Positions 1 to 8,638 of a stretch of 64,000 nucleotides of DNA are shown here, one piece after another. The position numbers and the translations under genes were made by a program. Under the pieces are notes generated by a model. That model saw only the letters and a program-made list of their open reading frames with translations, was not told the origin of the DNA and ran no database searches. The stretch is taken from the NCBI GenBank assembly GCA_020847715.1, contig JADLBM010000007.1, positions 8,624 through 72,623 on the forward strand, read 5' to 3'. Positions within the stretch are counted from its first letter, which is position 1; the number at the start of each line of letters is the position of its first letter. The stretch comes from Candidatus Yanofskybacteria bacterium (lineage in GTDB: Bacteria; Patescibacteriota; Minisyncoccia; 2-02-FULL-40-12; GWA2-44-9).

Positions 1-113
1 GCACTCCGCTTCCCCGCCGGCACCGCCGCAAGCTGCGCTGTCACCGGCTCCGCCTCAAGGCGCTCTTCTGTCTCCGCAACAGGCGCCGGAGACTTCGCGA
101 AATTTAGTTTCAT
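1..113 (-). CDS. N-terminal part of a hypothetical protein running off the left edge
   Basis: ATG at 113 opens MKLNFAKSPAPVAETEERLEAEPV..., with no stop before the window edge. Confidence 0.4.
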   Translation of the reverse strand, partial: MKLNFAKSPAPVAETEERLEAEPVTAQLAAVPAGKRS

Positions 114-305
114 CAATCGAGTCACACGCTATGACCCGCATACAAGCCGCCATGCTGGCAGCCCCCTCCGCGAGTGATAGCCGAGTATTACCCGTCAATC
201 ATACCACACCGGCGCAATTCATCCTGTTGATGAACCACCATTTGACCACGACACCCCTCTGCGCTACGCTTCACCCACATTCATAAAGATTAGTATCTCA
301 ATCGT

Positions 306-611
306 ATGCCCAGTAATACAACGTCCGGAGCTTTCCACTACACATACGTGCTCGAAAGCGCACGGGATGGTAAGCGCTATATTGGATATACAAGCAACCT
401 TACACGGCGTCTCGCCGAGCACGCCGCCGGATACTCTCGAGCAACCGCATCACGACTACCATTCTCGCTGGTCTACTTTGAGGGATGCCGGGATGCTGAA
501 GACGCTAGACGCCGAGAGCGCTACCTCAAAACAACACAAGGAAGACGTTTTCTTGGCCTACGACTCATAATACATAACACTCACCGAAAGGCGCTCAATG
601 CCGGACGTTGA
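306..611 (+). CDS. GIY-YIG nuclease family protein (SLX1/YhbQ-like)
   Basis: YTYVLES...RYIGYTSNLTRRLAEH...LVYFE...ARRRERYLK motif. Confidence 0.9.
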   Translation: MPSNTTSGAFHYTYVLESARDGKRYIGYTSNLTRRLAEHAAGYSRATASRLPFSLVYFEGCRDAEDARRRERYLKTTQGRRFLGLRLIIHNTHRKALNAGR

Positions 612-620
612 TATACTGGG

Positions 621-839
621 ATGCCAAAGAAATACCTCATGGTGCAAGAAGTGGCGCACCTCCTTGGAGTCACTCCCCTTACGATTCGCAACTGGGATGC
701 GAAGGGAAAGCTCACCGCGTACCGCCATCCGCTCAACAACTACCGGATGTATAAAGTCGAAGATGTCGAAGCTATCATCCGACGAATGGAAGTCTCCCGC
801 GAAAAACCGAAGGCGCGGAAAATAGATATTGTAGGCTAA
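621..839 (+). CDS. MerR-family helix-turn-helix DNA-binding protein
   Basis: VQEVAHLLGVTPLTIRNWDAKGKL...HPLNNYRMY, typical of MerR HTH. Confidence 0.88.
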   Translation: MPKKYLMVQEVAHLLGVTPLTIRNWDAKGKLTAYRHPLNNYRMYKVEDVEAIIRRMEVSREKPKARKIDIVG

Positions 840-844
840 GAAAG

Positions 845-871
845 AAAAAGCCCCTCACGTGCGTGAGGGGC
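845..871 (-). terminator. Intrinsic terminator for the 878..3745 gene
   Basis: GCCCCTCACG/CGTGAGGGGC stem with an A-run on +, giving a U-tract on -. Confidence 0.7.
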
Positions 872-877
872 GATACG

Positions 878-3745
878 TCAGACCGGCTTGGGGAGGAACT
901 TCCGCCAGTCGAACTGACGCGGATTTGCGAACCAGTCCCTGATTTGGTCGTACATCAGGGAGCGCACGAGGACGGGGCCGTCCTCGGGTCCACCGGTCGG
1001 GAGGCCGATGAACAGCACGCCCGTGTTGTTGGGCGGGAACCCACGCTCACCGTACAGGTCGGTGTGCGTGTTCGCGGGACCCATAGCGTAGATGGCGTAC
1101 GGGGTGATGATCTTGTTCTTGAAGTGCTTGTCACCGTACGTCTTCAGGGTGACGCGCCCCGTCGCATGGCCGAAGGAGTCGCCACGGGCGCGGTCGTTGT
1201 TGACCACGGCCGACAGCGGGTCCGACCAGCTCGAGAGACGCGCAGGAGACGCGAGGAACGTCAGTCCCCACTCATACCCACCAGGAGCGCAGACCGTGCC
1301 AAGCGCGAAGTACTCGTTGCTGTACAGCGGCGCGAGCACATAGCGATCGAGGAACGCCTGCTGGTCCTTCCAGTGGGAAAGCCCCGCCAGCCGAGCGCGG
1401 AGGTACTGTGCGTAGAAGACACCTTCTGTGAGCGTGTCTTCGACGGACGCCGCGAAGTGATTCCCGCAACCGATGTTGAGGATGCCGACGTCGCGCCCAT
1501 CGTACGGAATACCGCGAATCTCACTGAGACCGCGGATTGCCAGCTTGGAGCGCTGAGAGCGACGGAGCACCGAATCGAAGAAGTCCAGGTTGGGGTCGAT
1601 CAGCCGAGTGAACACTTCCAGCATTTGCGGCTGAACCCAGTCCAGACCTCGAATGAGGAACTGGCCGAGGTCGAACCGCGCGGCATCCACGGTGAGCTGC
1701 ATGACCGTGGCCGAGTCGCCCCGCTTCGCAGCGTTCCCGATTTCGTCGTGGCGCTTGCGCCACCACTTCTCGATCTGATCATACGACATCTCGCCCGGAT
1801 CGGGCTGCTTGTGTGTGTCGTAGTGATTCCCCTGCGTCGGGTCATCGTTGACCGTCAGGAGGTGAATCGGGAAATCGTTGCTGTCGAGGATGCCACCGCG
1901 GCGCATCATCATGACGACCGCCTCGGATACGCCGAGGTTGCGATGCGTGGTCGCGTCGAAGATGTGCTCACGAGAGCGGCTGCCCATGTGGATGTCCGTC
2001 ATCTCGACGGTCCAGATGTAGCGCGTCTCCGGATACGGGTAGTACCCGGGAATGACCGCCTTCGGCCGCTTTGCCTTCGGGAGGTGCTTCAGGTGGACGC
2101 TGTTGTCCAACTTCGCGATGGGGAACGAGTCTCCCGTCACGATGCCGTTGACGCGCTGGAGGACCAGTACGCCAGGGCAGAACTGCTCGGACTTCAGCAC
2201 CTTCGAGATGGGGTGCACCGCCTTCGTGGAGCCACGAAGCTCCCCGCGGAGGAACGCCTCGTCCACACAGATGGGAGCCACGTGCACTTCGGATGAGTCG
2301 CGCTGACCCATTGTGTAGTGATCGCGACCGACCATCCGGTGGTTCAGAGCGTACGGGTGGCAGATGACCGCAGTGTGCGGCACAGCTCCGCGGTACGCCT
2401 TCGCACCGAACTCGTCTACGAAGGACGAAAGGAGACCATCGGTGACCTTGATGTTACCCGGGATGTGAACCTCGATGGGATCGTAGTCGCCCACCTTGAC
2501 GTGGCTAGTCCCCTGCCCAATGACGCGGCAGTTGGGAATGACCTCTTCCAGCTTCTTCGCGAGCAGGGCGCGGAGTCGCAGACGGCGCCGCTCCAAATCC
2601 TGGTCACTGACGTTCGTGATGATGGTCATCGCAAGCTCTTCAGTGAGCTCGCGCAGGTCCTGTTCGTACTTCGCGATGTCGATGGCGGCCTGACGCCGAT
2701 CCGAAGCGCTCCTGCTGTTGAGCATGCTGTACGCCCGTGCCAACTCACGCTTCGTGAAGCTGATGTGGGCTTCGAGCTGCTTCCGCTCCAAGAGCGTGAT
2801 GTAGCGCACCTCGTAGTACGCCGCCGTGTTGATGAGCTCCTCCTCGACGTAGCCGAGGGGATAGAGCACGGGACCGCTGAACTCGGGAGACCCGTCAGGA
2901 CGGTGTGTGATCTTGTGCCACGCGTCCAGGAACCCCAGGAACTTCGCCTCGAGAGGCATGAAGATGACCTCGTCGAGCGGCTTACTCCTGAGGATGCGTC
3001 GCGCCTTCGCCTGATACGAGGCGGGCAGATGCTCGACCTTCACATGAAGGCCTGAGACCTGGGCGCGGTATGTCTTGATGGGACCAGCGGCCTTCTTGAG
3101 GTCCATGGACAGGCCGTTGGTAATCACGACGCACGCATCGCCTCGCTTCTCGGCATCCGACAACGCCCGCCGGACCGGATTGTCCTTGATCAGGCGGTTG
3201 TGCTTGATACCGATGAGGCCACCGTTGACGAACGCGACCGTCCAGTCCGCCCCTGCGGGCACGACGAACGGGTTCGCGAAGCTGGATTCAGGAAACTCGA
3301 AGAGCTCCGCGTCCGCGGCGAGATCCTCCGTGGACAGGCGCCCCATGCCGGCGATGAACTTCGCCGATGCGTGGGCATTCGTGACACCCGTCAGGAACTT
3401 CGCCTTCTTGGCGAACATGTCCTCGGGGATGTACGCGTAGTACTTCTTCCGGAACTCGTCCAACGGAATGTTGGTCCGAATCGCACGCTTGAGCGCATCG
3501 AGCGCCTGCGTGGTCCAGATGAGCTTCGGCAGTCGACCGATGAGACCCTGCTTCGAAAGGCGCAGGCCTCCGGTCAACTTCTCGACGAATTCGGTGCGGA
3601 GTGTCTGTAGGATCGACTCCAAGCCGCCCTTGCGCAGCAGCGCACCCGACTGGATGAGCTCGCGGCAACGGGACTCGAGGCCTTGGATCCTCCAGACGTC
3701 CTTCGCCGCCGAACCGTTTCGGTGTGACGTCTCGGCCTTTGCCAT
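878..3745 (-). CDS. 955-aa protein: putative N-terminal HTH, degenerate metallophosphoesterase-like domain with coiled-coil insert, and C-terminal calcineurin-like metallophosphoesterase domain
   Basis: C-terminal motifs TDIHMG, VNDD, CGNH, GDKH; SD AAGGAG and a TGGTATAGT -10 upstream. Confidence 0.65.
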   Translation of the reverse strand: MAKAETSHRNGSAAKDVWRIQGLESRCRELIQSGALLRKGGLESILQTLRTEFVEKLTGGLRLSKQGLIGRLPKLIWTTQALDALKRAIRTNIPLDEFRKKYYAYIPEDMFAKKAKFLTGVTNAHASAKFIAGMGRLSTEDLAADAELFEFPESSFANPFVVPAGADWTVAFVNGGLIGIKHNRLIKDNPVRRALSDAEKRGDACVVITNGLSMDLKKAAGPIKTYRAQVSGLHVKVEHLPASYQAKARRILRSKPLDEVIFMPLEAKFLGFLDAWHKITHRPDGSPEFSGPVLYPLGYVEEELINTAAYYEVRYITLLERKQLEAHISFTKRELARAYSMLNSRSASDRRQAAIDIAKYEQDLRELTEELAMTIITNVSDQDLERRRLRLRALLAKKLEEVIPNCRVIGQGTSHVKVGDYDPIEVHIPGNIKVTDGLLSSFVDEFGAKAYRGAVPHTAVICHPYALNHRMVGRDHYTMGQRDSSEVHVAPICVDEAFLRGELRGSTKAVHPISKVLKSEQFCPGVLVLQRVNGIVTGDSFPIAKLDNSVHLKHLPKAKRPKAVIPGYYPYPETRYIWTVEMTDIHMGSRSREHIFDATTHRNLGVSEAVVMMMRRGGILDSNDFPIHLLTVNDDPTQGNHYDTHKQPDPGEMSYDQIEKWWRKRHDEIGNAAKRGDSATVMQLTVDAARFDLGQFLIRGLDWVQPQMLEVFTRLIDPNLDFFDSVLRRSQRSKLAIRGLSEIRGIPYDGRDVGILNIGCGNHFAASVEDTLTEGVFYAQYLRARLAGLSHWKDQQAFLDRYVLAPLYSNEYFALGTVCAPGGYEWGLTFLASPARLSSWSDPLSAVVNNDRARGDSFGHATGRVTLKTYGDKHFKNKIITPYAIYAMGPANTHTDLYGERGFPPNNTGVLFIGLPTGGPEDGPVLVRSLMYDQIRDWFANPRQFDWRKFLPKPV

Positions 3746-3825
3746 TGTGCTTCTCCTTCATTGTCAGAGAACAACGCCGAAACTATACCAATCTATTTCA
3801 CCCCGACAACTTGACGAAACATAAG

Positions 3826-3853
3826 AAAATGCGGGTGGCTTTCGCCACCCGCA
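3826..3853 (-). terminator. Intrinsic terminator between the membrane-protein gene and the phosphoesterase gene
   Basis: TGCGGGTGGC-GAAA-GCCACCCGCA-TTTT on the - strand. Confidence 0.75.
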
Positions 3854-3860
3854 CCAAGCG

Positions 3861-5093
3861 CTATGCGGTCACCGCGACGGCCTTCACCGTCTTCGGCTTT
3901 TCGTCCATCACCGCACCCGACAACTGCTCCGTCTTCATCGCCAAGTTCTGGCCAATGAGACTGCCTCCGGCGTTGCCGACGATGTAGGGCGCTGCCTTCT
4001 CCGCCGTAATCGTCCCCTGTGCAAGGGAGTGCATGCACAGGTACCACACACCATTGGAGAACACCGAGGTCCACGCGAGGTACTGCGGACTGTTCCGCTG
4101 GCGGGCGCGGCTCACCATCGTGAAGCTCACTGCCTGCCACGCGGAAACCGCCAACAGAAGGAGTGCCGGCTTCCAACCAGCAAACCCGAAGACCAGCACA
4201 TGGACCACCAGAATGAACGCAAGCGCCTGCAGCTGCGCCACGGGCCATTGCACCTTGGCGCCGGCGGTCACATGTGCATCGAAGGTCGCCTTCAGCTTCT
4301 TCCCGAGATCCTGCCCGACATTCGCACCGATGAGCGAGCCGATGATGCTCCCCGTCGTAACGGGCAGGAACAACGCCCAATCGAATCGGTTGCTAATCAT
4401 GATGAACAGCTTCAGGAAGGCAACGCCGATTTGGAAGACGACTGCACCCGCGTGGAACCAGTAGTGATCGGTGCTTCGCGCGACGCGGAGAAGTGAGAAT
4501 GCGAAGCTTTCCACGACGGTCAGAAGAAGGAGTGCGGCAAGCAGGCCCCTGCCGAACGACGGCGCGCTCAGCATCATCTGCGCCCCAAGCGCGGCGCTTA
4601 GGAGCGCGACCGTCGGCCACAGTTTCATGAGCTGCGGCCGACCCTTCGCGCCCTCCGCAGACAGCCCCAGCGCGGACTCGATTCTGATCGAGAGCGTGTT
4701 CGCATGCAGCGTACCGAGAATGGTCGCAAACACGTATGGCGCCAAGAGCGCCGGCGGCAACTCGTTTCGCACCAGCAACCGTAGCGACCAGAAGAATGTG
4801 AAGCTCGCTGCCAGCGCCGCGAGCACGTGGTAGGCATTGCTATTGCGGTTCGCGGAACGCGACTGAAGGCCATACGCCGTGTTCTGGAGGTACGCCAGCC
4901 CCATCACAGTGATGGCTGTTAGCGGGAGCCACAGTGCGGGATGGAGCTGCACGAACTGAACTAGATGACCGTAGGTAGTCCGAAGCTCCTCGAAATGAGC
5001 CTTCGAGAACACGCCGAGCTGCGCCGCGACAACGCCGCCAATCAGCCACAGCGGATTGATGTTCCACAACCTCGCACCGAGACGAGTGAGCAT
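3861..5093 (-). CDS. Polytopic membrane protein with three tandem ~100-aa homologous units (DUF5698/UPF0316-like)
   Basis: Repeat cores QSRSANRNSNAYH / LRVARSTDHYWFH / VSRARQRNSPQYL; start moved to ATG 5093 after AAGGAAG. Confidence 0.7.
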   Translation of the reverse strand: MLTRLGARLWNINPLWLIGGVVAAQLGVFSKAHFEELRTTYGHLVQFVQLHPALWLPLTAITVMGLAYLQNTAYGLQSRSANRNSNAYHVLAALAASFTFFWSLRLLVRNELPPALLAPYVFATILGTLHANTLSIRIESALGLSAEGAKGRPQLMKLWPTVALLSAALGAQMMLSAPSFGRGLLAALLLLTVVESFAFSLLRVARSTDHYWFHAGAVVFQIGVAFLKLFIMISNRFDWALFLPVTTGSIIGSLIGANVGQDLGKKLKATFDAHVTAGAKVQWPVAQLQALAFILVVHVLVFGFAGWKPALLLLAVSAWQAVSFTMVSRARQRNSPQYLAWTSVFSNGVWYLCMHSLAQGTITAEKAAPYIVGNAGGSLIGQNLAMKTEQLSGAVMDEKPKTVKAVAVTA

Positions 5094-5159
5094 GGAAGCT
5101 TCCTTTCTTGTAAATGACGCCGGAGGCACCCTAGCACATATGAGGCTCCATTCAAGCAC

Positions 5160-5263
5160 ATAGGTAATCCTACGGCCTGCTGGCCTCAGGATTGTTGCGC
5201 GACGGGGTCGATCGCAATAGGTAATCCTACGGCCTGCTGGCCTCAGGATTGTTGCGCGACGGG
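5160..5263. repeat. Two perfect 47-bp direct repeats (5160-5206, 5217-5263), each with an internal palindrome; REP-like
   Basis: ATAGGTAATCCTACGGCCTGCTGGCCTCAGGATTGTTGCGCGACGGG twice, separated by 10 bp. Confidence 0.9.
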
Positions 5264-5317
5264 TACGCGCAACAAAAAGACCGCCCACGGATGTGGACGG
5301 TCATCGATTCAACCACC

Positions 5318-5611
5318 TCAGAGGACGCGCCAGCCCACGAGAAGTTTCGCCAGCTCGTGTACTTCCTGAGGCGAGAGACGCTGGCACTCGCAGAGACGAA
5401 CGGTCAGCTTGTCGTCGGGACACAACGAGACGATGTCACCGAACACCTCGTTTTTGAGCAAGAAAGGACTCGGCCTGCCAATCCATCGTCGTATGAAGTT
5501 GGCGAGCTCGTTCAGGTCTGCAACCCTCTTGATATCGTCCGCGACCAGACAGAGGTACTCGACCTGCTGGGGATGCGCCGCAATCGTCTTACACACCGAG
5601 ATCTTGGTCAT
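5318..5611 (-). CDS. Hypothetical protein
   Basis: ATG after GAGGGTGA; followed on - by a hairpin and U-tract at ~5274-5302. Confidence 0.5.
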   Translation of the reverse strand: MTKISVCKTIAAHPQQVEYLCLVADDIKRVADLNELANFIRRWIGRPSPFLLKNEVFGDIVSLCPDDKLTVRLCECQRLSPQEVHELAKLLVGWRVL

Positions 5612-5759
5612 TTCACCCTCCGCACAACGAACCGGCACCACGGTAGCAAGATTCGGGGCCCTGCGCAATCTTCCAGAAATTGACTCATCCAAAGAACTAT
5701 GGTATATAATCCCCGCAGATCCTTTCCAAATCCAACCCCGTTTCTAAGGAGTGTCCGCA

Positions 5760-6356
5760 ATGAAGAAGTTTGCCGTCGGAATCGTGGCAGTGCTGGTGCT
5801 TGCCGTCCTGTACGGCATCAGCGTCAACAACACCATCATCGCGCACCAGCAGGATGCCGAGCAGAAGCTCGCCAATGTCGCCTCCGCGCTCCAGCGCCGA
5901 GCCGACCTGCTCCCGAACCTGGCGAGCATCGTGGCCCGCTACGCGACCCACGAACAGAGCACCTTCATCGAGACGGCCCGCGCTCGCGCCTCGGCCGCCG
6001 CATCCATCAAGCTGGACGCCGAGACGCTCAGCGACCCCGAGAAGCTGAGGAAGTTTCAGGCGGCACAGGGTGAGGTGTCTTCCTTCCTGTCGCGCCTGAT
6101 GGCGGTTCAGGAGCAGTACCCCAATCTGAAGGCCGATCGGCTGTTCATTGACCTGCAGGCGCAGGTGGAGGGCACCGAGAACCGCATCAAGGTCGAGCGG
6201 GACAACTACAACACGGCGGTCCGCAACTACAACAACATCGTCCTGATGTTCCCGTCGAGTCTGGTGGCGTCGTTCCGCAACTTCCAGAAGCTGCCCTACT
6301 TCCAGGCGGAAGAGGCTGCAACGAAGACGCCGGATCTGGGAGACCTCCTGAAGTGA
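5760..6356 (+). CDS. lemA: LemA family protein
   Basis: LQRRADLLPNL, EQYPNLKA, EGTENRIKVER, MFPSSLVA; N-terminal TM; SD AAGGAG. Confidence 0.95.
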   Translation: MKKFAVGIVAVLVLAVLYGISVNNTIIAHQQDAEQKLANVASALQRRADLLPNLASIVARYATHEQSTFIETARARASAAASIKLDAETLSDPEKLRKFQAAQGEVSSFLSRLMAVQEQYPNLKADRLFIDLQAQVEGTENRIKVERDNYNTAVRNYNNIVLMFPSSLVASFRNFQKLPYFQAEEAATKTPDLGDLLK

Positions 6357-7054
6357 GGCGCCTCCTCGCAGTCGTCGCATTCGCCGCGGCACTCACTGCC
6401 GCGGCGGAGGACCAGCTCCCCCGGCCTGCCGGGTACGTGACGGACACCGCCGGCCTCCTCTCGACCGCCGCAGTGACCCGCATCGACGAGCAACTCCGAG
6501 CGTTCGACGCACAGACATCAACGCAGGTGGTCGTCGTCACCGTCCTGAGCCTCAACGGTGAAGCGCCGGAGGCGTACGCAAATCGCCTGTTCCGCCAGTG
6601 GGGTGTCGGCCAGAAAGGCACCAACAACGGAGTGCTCCTGCTCATCACCAAAACCGACCGGAAGATCCGCATCGAGGTCGGGCGCGGGCTGGAAGGAGCA
6701 CTGCCTGACGCGACCGCCAAGGAAATCATCGACACAATCATTGCCCCACACCTCGCCAAGCGAGAGTTCGATGTCGGTGTGGGCGCTGGCGTGGACGCCA
6801 TCCTCGCTGCCGTGAAGGGTGAGTACACCCGCCCACCGTCGACCGGATGGCCAACATGGCTCATCGTGCTCATCATCGTCGTCGTGGTCCTCCTCATCCT
6901 CATCGTGCTCGCCGCAGGGAACAGCAGCGGAGGAGGCGGATACTACGCTTCCGGCGGAAGCGACTGGGGCGGGAGCAGTGGCGGCGGAGGCGGAGGTGGA
7001 TGGTCCGGCGGCGGAGGAGACTCCGGCGGCGGAGGAGCGAGCGGCGGATACTAA
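6353..7054 (+). CDS. TPM-domain (YgcG-like) protein
   Basis: YVTDTAGLL, WGVGQKGTNNGVLLLI, IEVGRGLEG, TM, Gly-rich tail ending GGGGASGGY; coupled to lemA. Confidence 0.93.
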   Translation: MRRLLAVVAFAAALTAAAEDQLPRPAGYVTDTAGLLSTAAVTRIDEQLRAFDAQTSTQVVVVTVLSLNGEAPEAYANRLFRQWGVGQKGTNNGVLLLITKTDRKIRIEVGRGLEGALPDATAKEIIDTIIAPHLAKREFDVGVGAGVDAILAAVKGEYTRPPSTGWPTWLIVLIIVVVVLLILIVLAAGNSSGGGGYYASGGSDWGGSSGGGGGGGWSGGGGDSGGGGASGGY

Positions 7055-7152
7055 TCTATCGCTCGACCCCATGGCGGGTTCTTCGTGAACCCGCCTTTTT
7101 TGTGCTCACAAATTGCCGATACCGAGATTTTATGCTAGAATGTAGTACTTTT

Positions 7153-7223
7153 GGGGGATTCGTTCAGTGGCAGGACGGCGGTCTCCAAAACCGCTAACGT
7201 GGGTTCGATTCCTACATCCCCCG
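7153..7223 (+). tRNA. trnW: tRNA-Trp (CCA)
   Basis: GGGGGAT/ATCCCCC acceptor stem, GCGGT-CTCCAAA-ACCGC anticodon arm, GGTTCGATTCC T-arm. Confidence 0.95.
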
Positions 7224-7226
7224 CAT

Positions 7227-7264
7227 CAAGAAAACAAGGCGCCATGTGGCGCCTTGTTTTCTTG
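7227..7264. terminator. Perfect 18-bp palindrome (bidirectional terminator) after tRNA-Trp
   Basis: CAAGAAAACAAGGCGCCA-TG-TGGCGCCTTGTTTTCTTG. Confidence 0.8.
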
Positions 7265-7277
7265 CTTGTGAAGGAGT

Positions 7278-7395
7278 ATGTAGGAATCGAACCGCCGGAG
7301 CGATGTTGCGTCAGTAGGCGCAACCGCGAGGCGGGGTCCCGAGTGCACGGCGAAGCGACGGCAAGCCGTGACACGAGGGCGATTCCCTTACAATC
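7278..7395. repeat. tRNA-associated structured element starting with an inverted copy of the tRNA T-arm
   Basis: 7278-7293 ATGTAGGAATCGAACC is the exact reverse complement of 7202-7217; element ends in CGATTCCCTTACA. Confidence 0.7.
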
Positions 7396-7431
7396 TTCGG
7401 CGAACCGTCGAGAGCGAAATTCCTGCACCCC

Positions 7432-8148
7432 ATGAAGGCAGCGCAAAAGAAATCAAAAAATGATGGCCATGTACTTGCGCTTAATAAGAACATCAAGGGA
7501 GTTCGAGCGCTCCTCGATATTGCCTCACGACCGAAAATTAGAGCAGTCGAAAAAAGAATTCTCCTGAGAAGCGCAATCGTCTTATTTGTGGCTTGCTGGG
7601 AAGCATTTGTTGAGGATTTAGCACGGACGGCTTTCAAATTCATGCAAAAAGAAGCTGGAGACTGTTCAAAAGTACCAGATTCAATCAAGAGAAGACTTTC
7701 GGAGCAATTACTCAAAATAAAAGACCCGATTTACCCCTGGTCCCTCGCGGAGGACGGTTGGAAAAATGTTCTTCAAAAGCACGGCGATACGGCAATCCAG
7801 GAATGGGTTGACGCGGTAAATACACCGAGTAGCCAGGCAGTCTCCCAACTTTTTGAAAAACTTATTGGACTCAGGAATATGCCAAACTTTTGGAGTTGGC
7901 GTGGCATGTCTGCGAATCAGGCGAAAGCAAGGCTCGCTGAATACATAAGGATTCGTGGAGAAATTGCGCACCGCGTCTCGGCAAATACCAGAGTAGCGAA
8001 AACCGTAATTTCTAGAACTTTTGTAATTGACCATGTTAACTTCATATTCCGCTTGGCCACACGCTCATGTAATGGTGTTCGGAAGCACCTAGTAAAATCG
8101 TTTGGTAAGGAGCCGTGGCCAAGCTATTCATACAGGGCAACCAAATGA
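7432..8148 (+). CDS. HEPN-domain protein (RiboL-PSP-HEPN/MAE_28990-like), putative RNase or defence effector
   Basis: LLRSAIVLFVACWEAFVEDL helix, VNTPS, RGEIAH (Rx4H); visibly AT-richer than its flanks. Confidence 0.8.
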   Translation: MKAAQKKSKNDGHVLALNKNIKGVRALLDIASRPKIRAVEKRILLRSAIVLFVACWEAFVEDLARTAFKFMQKEAGDCSKVPDSIKRRLSEQLLKIKDPIYPWSLAEDGWKNVLQKHGDTAIQEWVDAVNTPSSQAVSQLFEKLIGLRNMPNFWSWRGMSANQAKARLAEYIRIRGEIAHRVSANTRVAKTVISRTFVIDHVNFIFRLATRSCNGVRKHLVKSFGKEPWPSYSYRATK

Positions 8149-8316
8149 TTTCATGCCCCACATGCCCCAGTCTGGTATCCGGTCCGCCACCCGGAAACCC
8201 TTATACTGCCCTGTAAAGGCGGGCGCTTAACCTCCCTCCCCCACAAAAACAAAGACGGGGCCACCATGGTGGACCCGCCGGCATCATCCATTGAGGAGTG
8301 ATGCCTCCGCATACGA

Positions 8317-8496
8317 TTACTTCTTCTTTTCGTTCTCGCTTCGGGCAATGAGGCCCCGCGTCTCGGCCTCGACACGCTGGAGGCGATCCTCCTCGCTTTC
8401 AAAGGTGAACATCGCGGAAATCGGGTTTCTTCCCGTTTCCCCGAAGTCACGCGCCCTCTCGTAACTGGTTACCTGCTCTTGAGCCGTCCTCGCCAT
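8317..8496 (-). CDS. Small hypothetical protein (59 aa), not in the ORF track
   Basis: MARTAQEQVTSYERARDFGE...SENEKKK*, preceded by AGGGGA. Confidence 0.5.
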   Translation of the reverse strand: MARTAQEQVTSYERARDFGETGRNPISAMFTFESEEDRLQRVEAETRGLIARSENEKKK

Positions 8497-8638
8497 AACT
8501 TCCCCTACACGAAGTGCGCCACTTCTTCTCGTCGATGCTCCTGAACTGCTCTCTCTGCTGTGAATAGACCTACTGTACTCACTATTTTAAAATCTGTCAA
8601 TAATCCATGAGAAGGGGCTCTGTGGTATAGTTTTCGCC

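Noticed and set aside
863-2296. Long opposite-strand ORFs (863..2296, 24201..25376, 27933..29249, 56657..58162 and others)
   Set aside because: Shadow ORFs of real genes in GC-rich DNA, with no motifs.
5160-5263. CRISPR mini-array
   Set aside because: Only two repeats, a 10-bp spacer, and no cas genes in the window.
5094-5288. N-terminal extension of the 3861 ORF with a repeated peptide
   Set aside because: It is just the translation of the DNA repeat; an SD and promoter point to ATG 5093.
7153-8600. Integrative element or prophage at tRNA-Trp
   Set aside because: No integrase, no phage genes and no clear direct att repeat.
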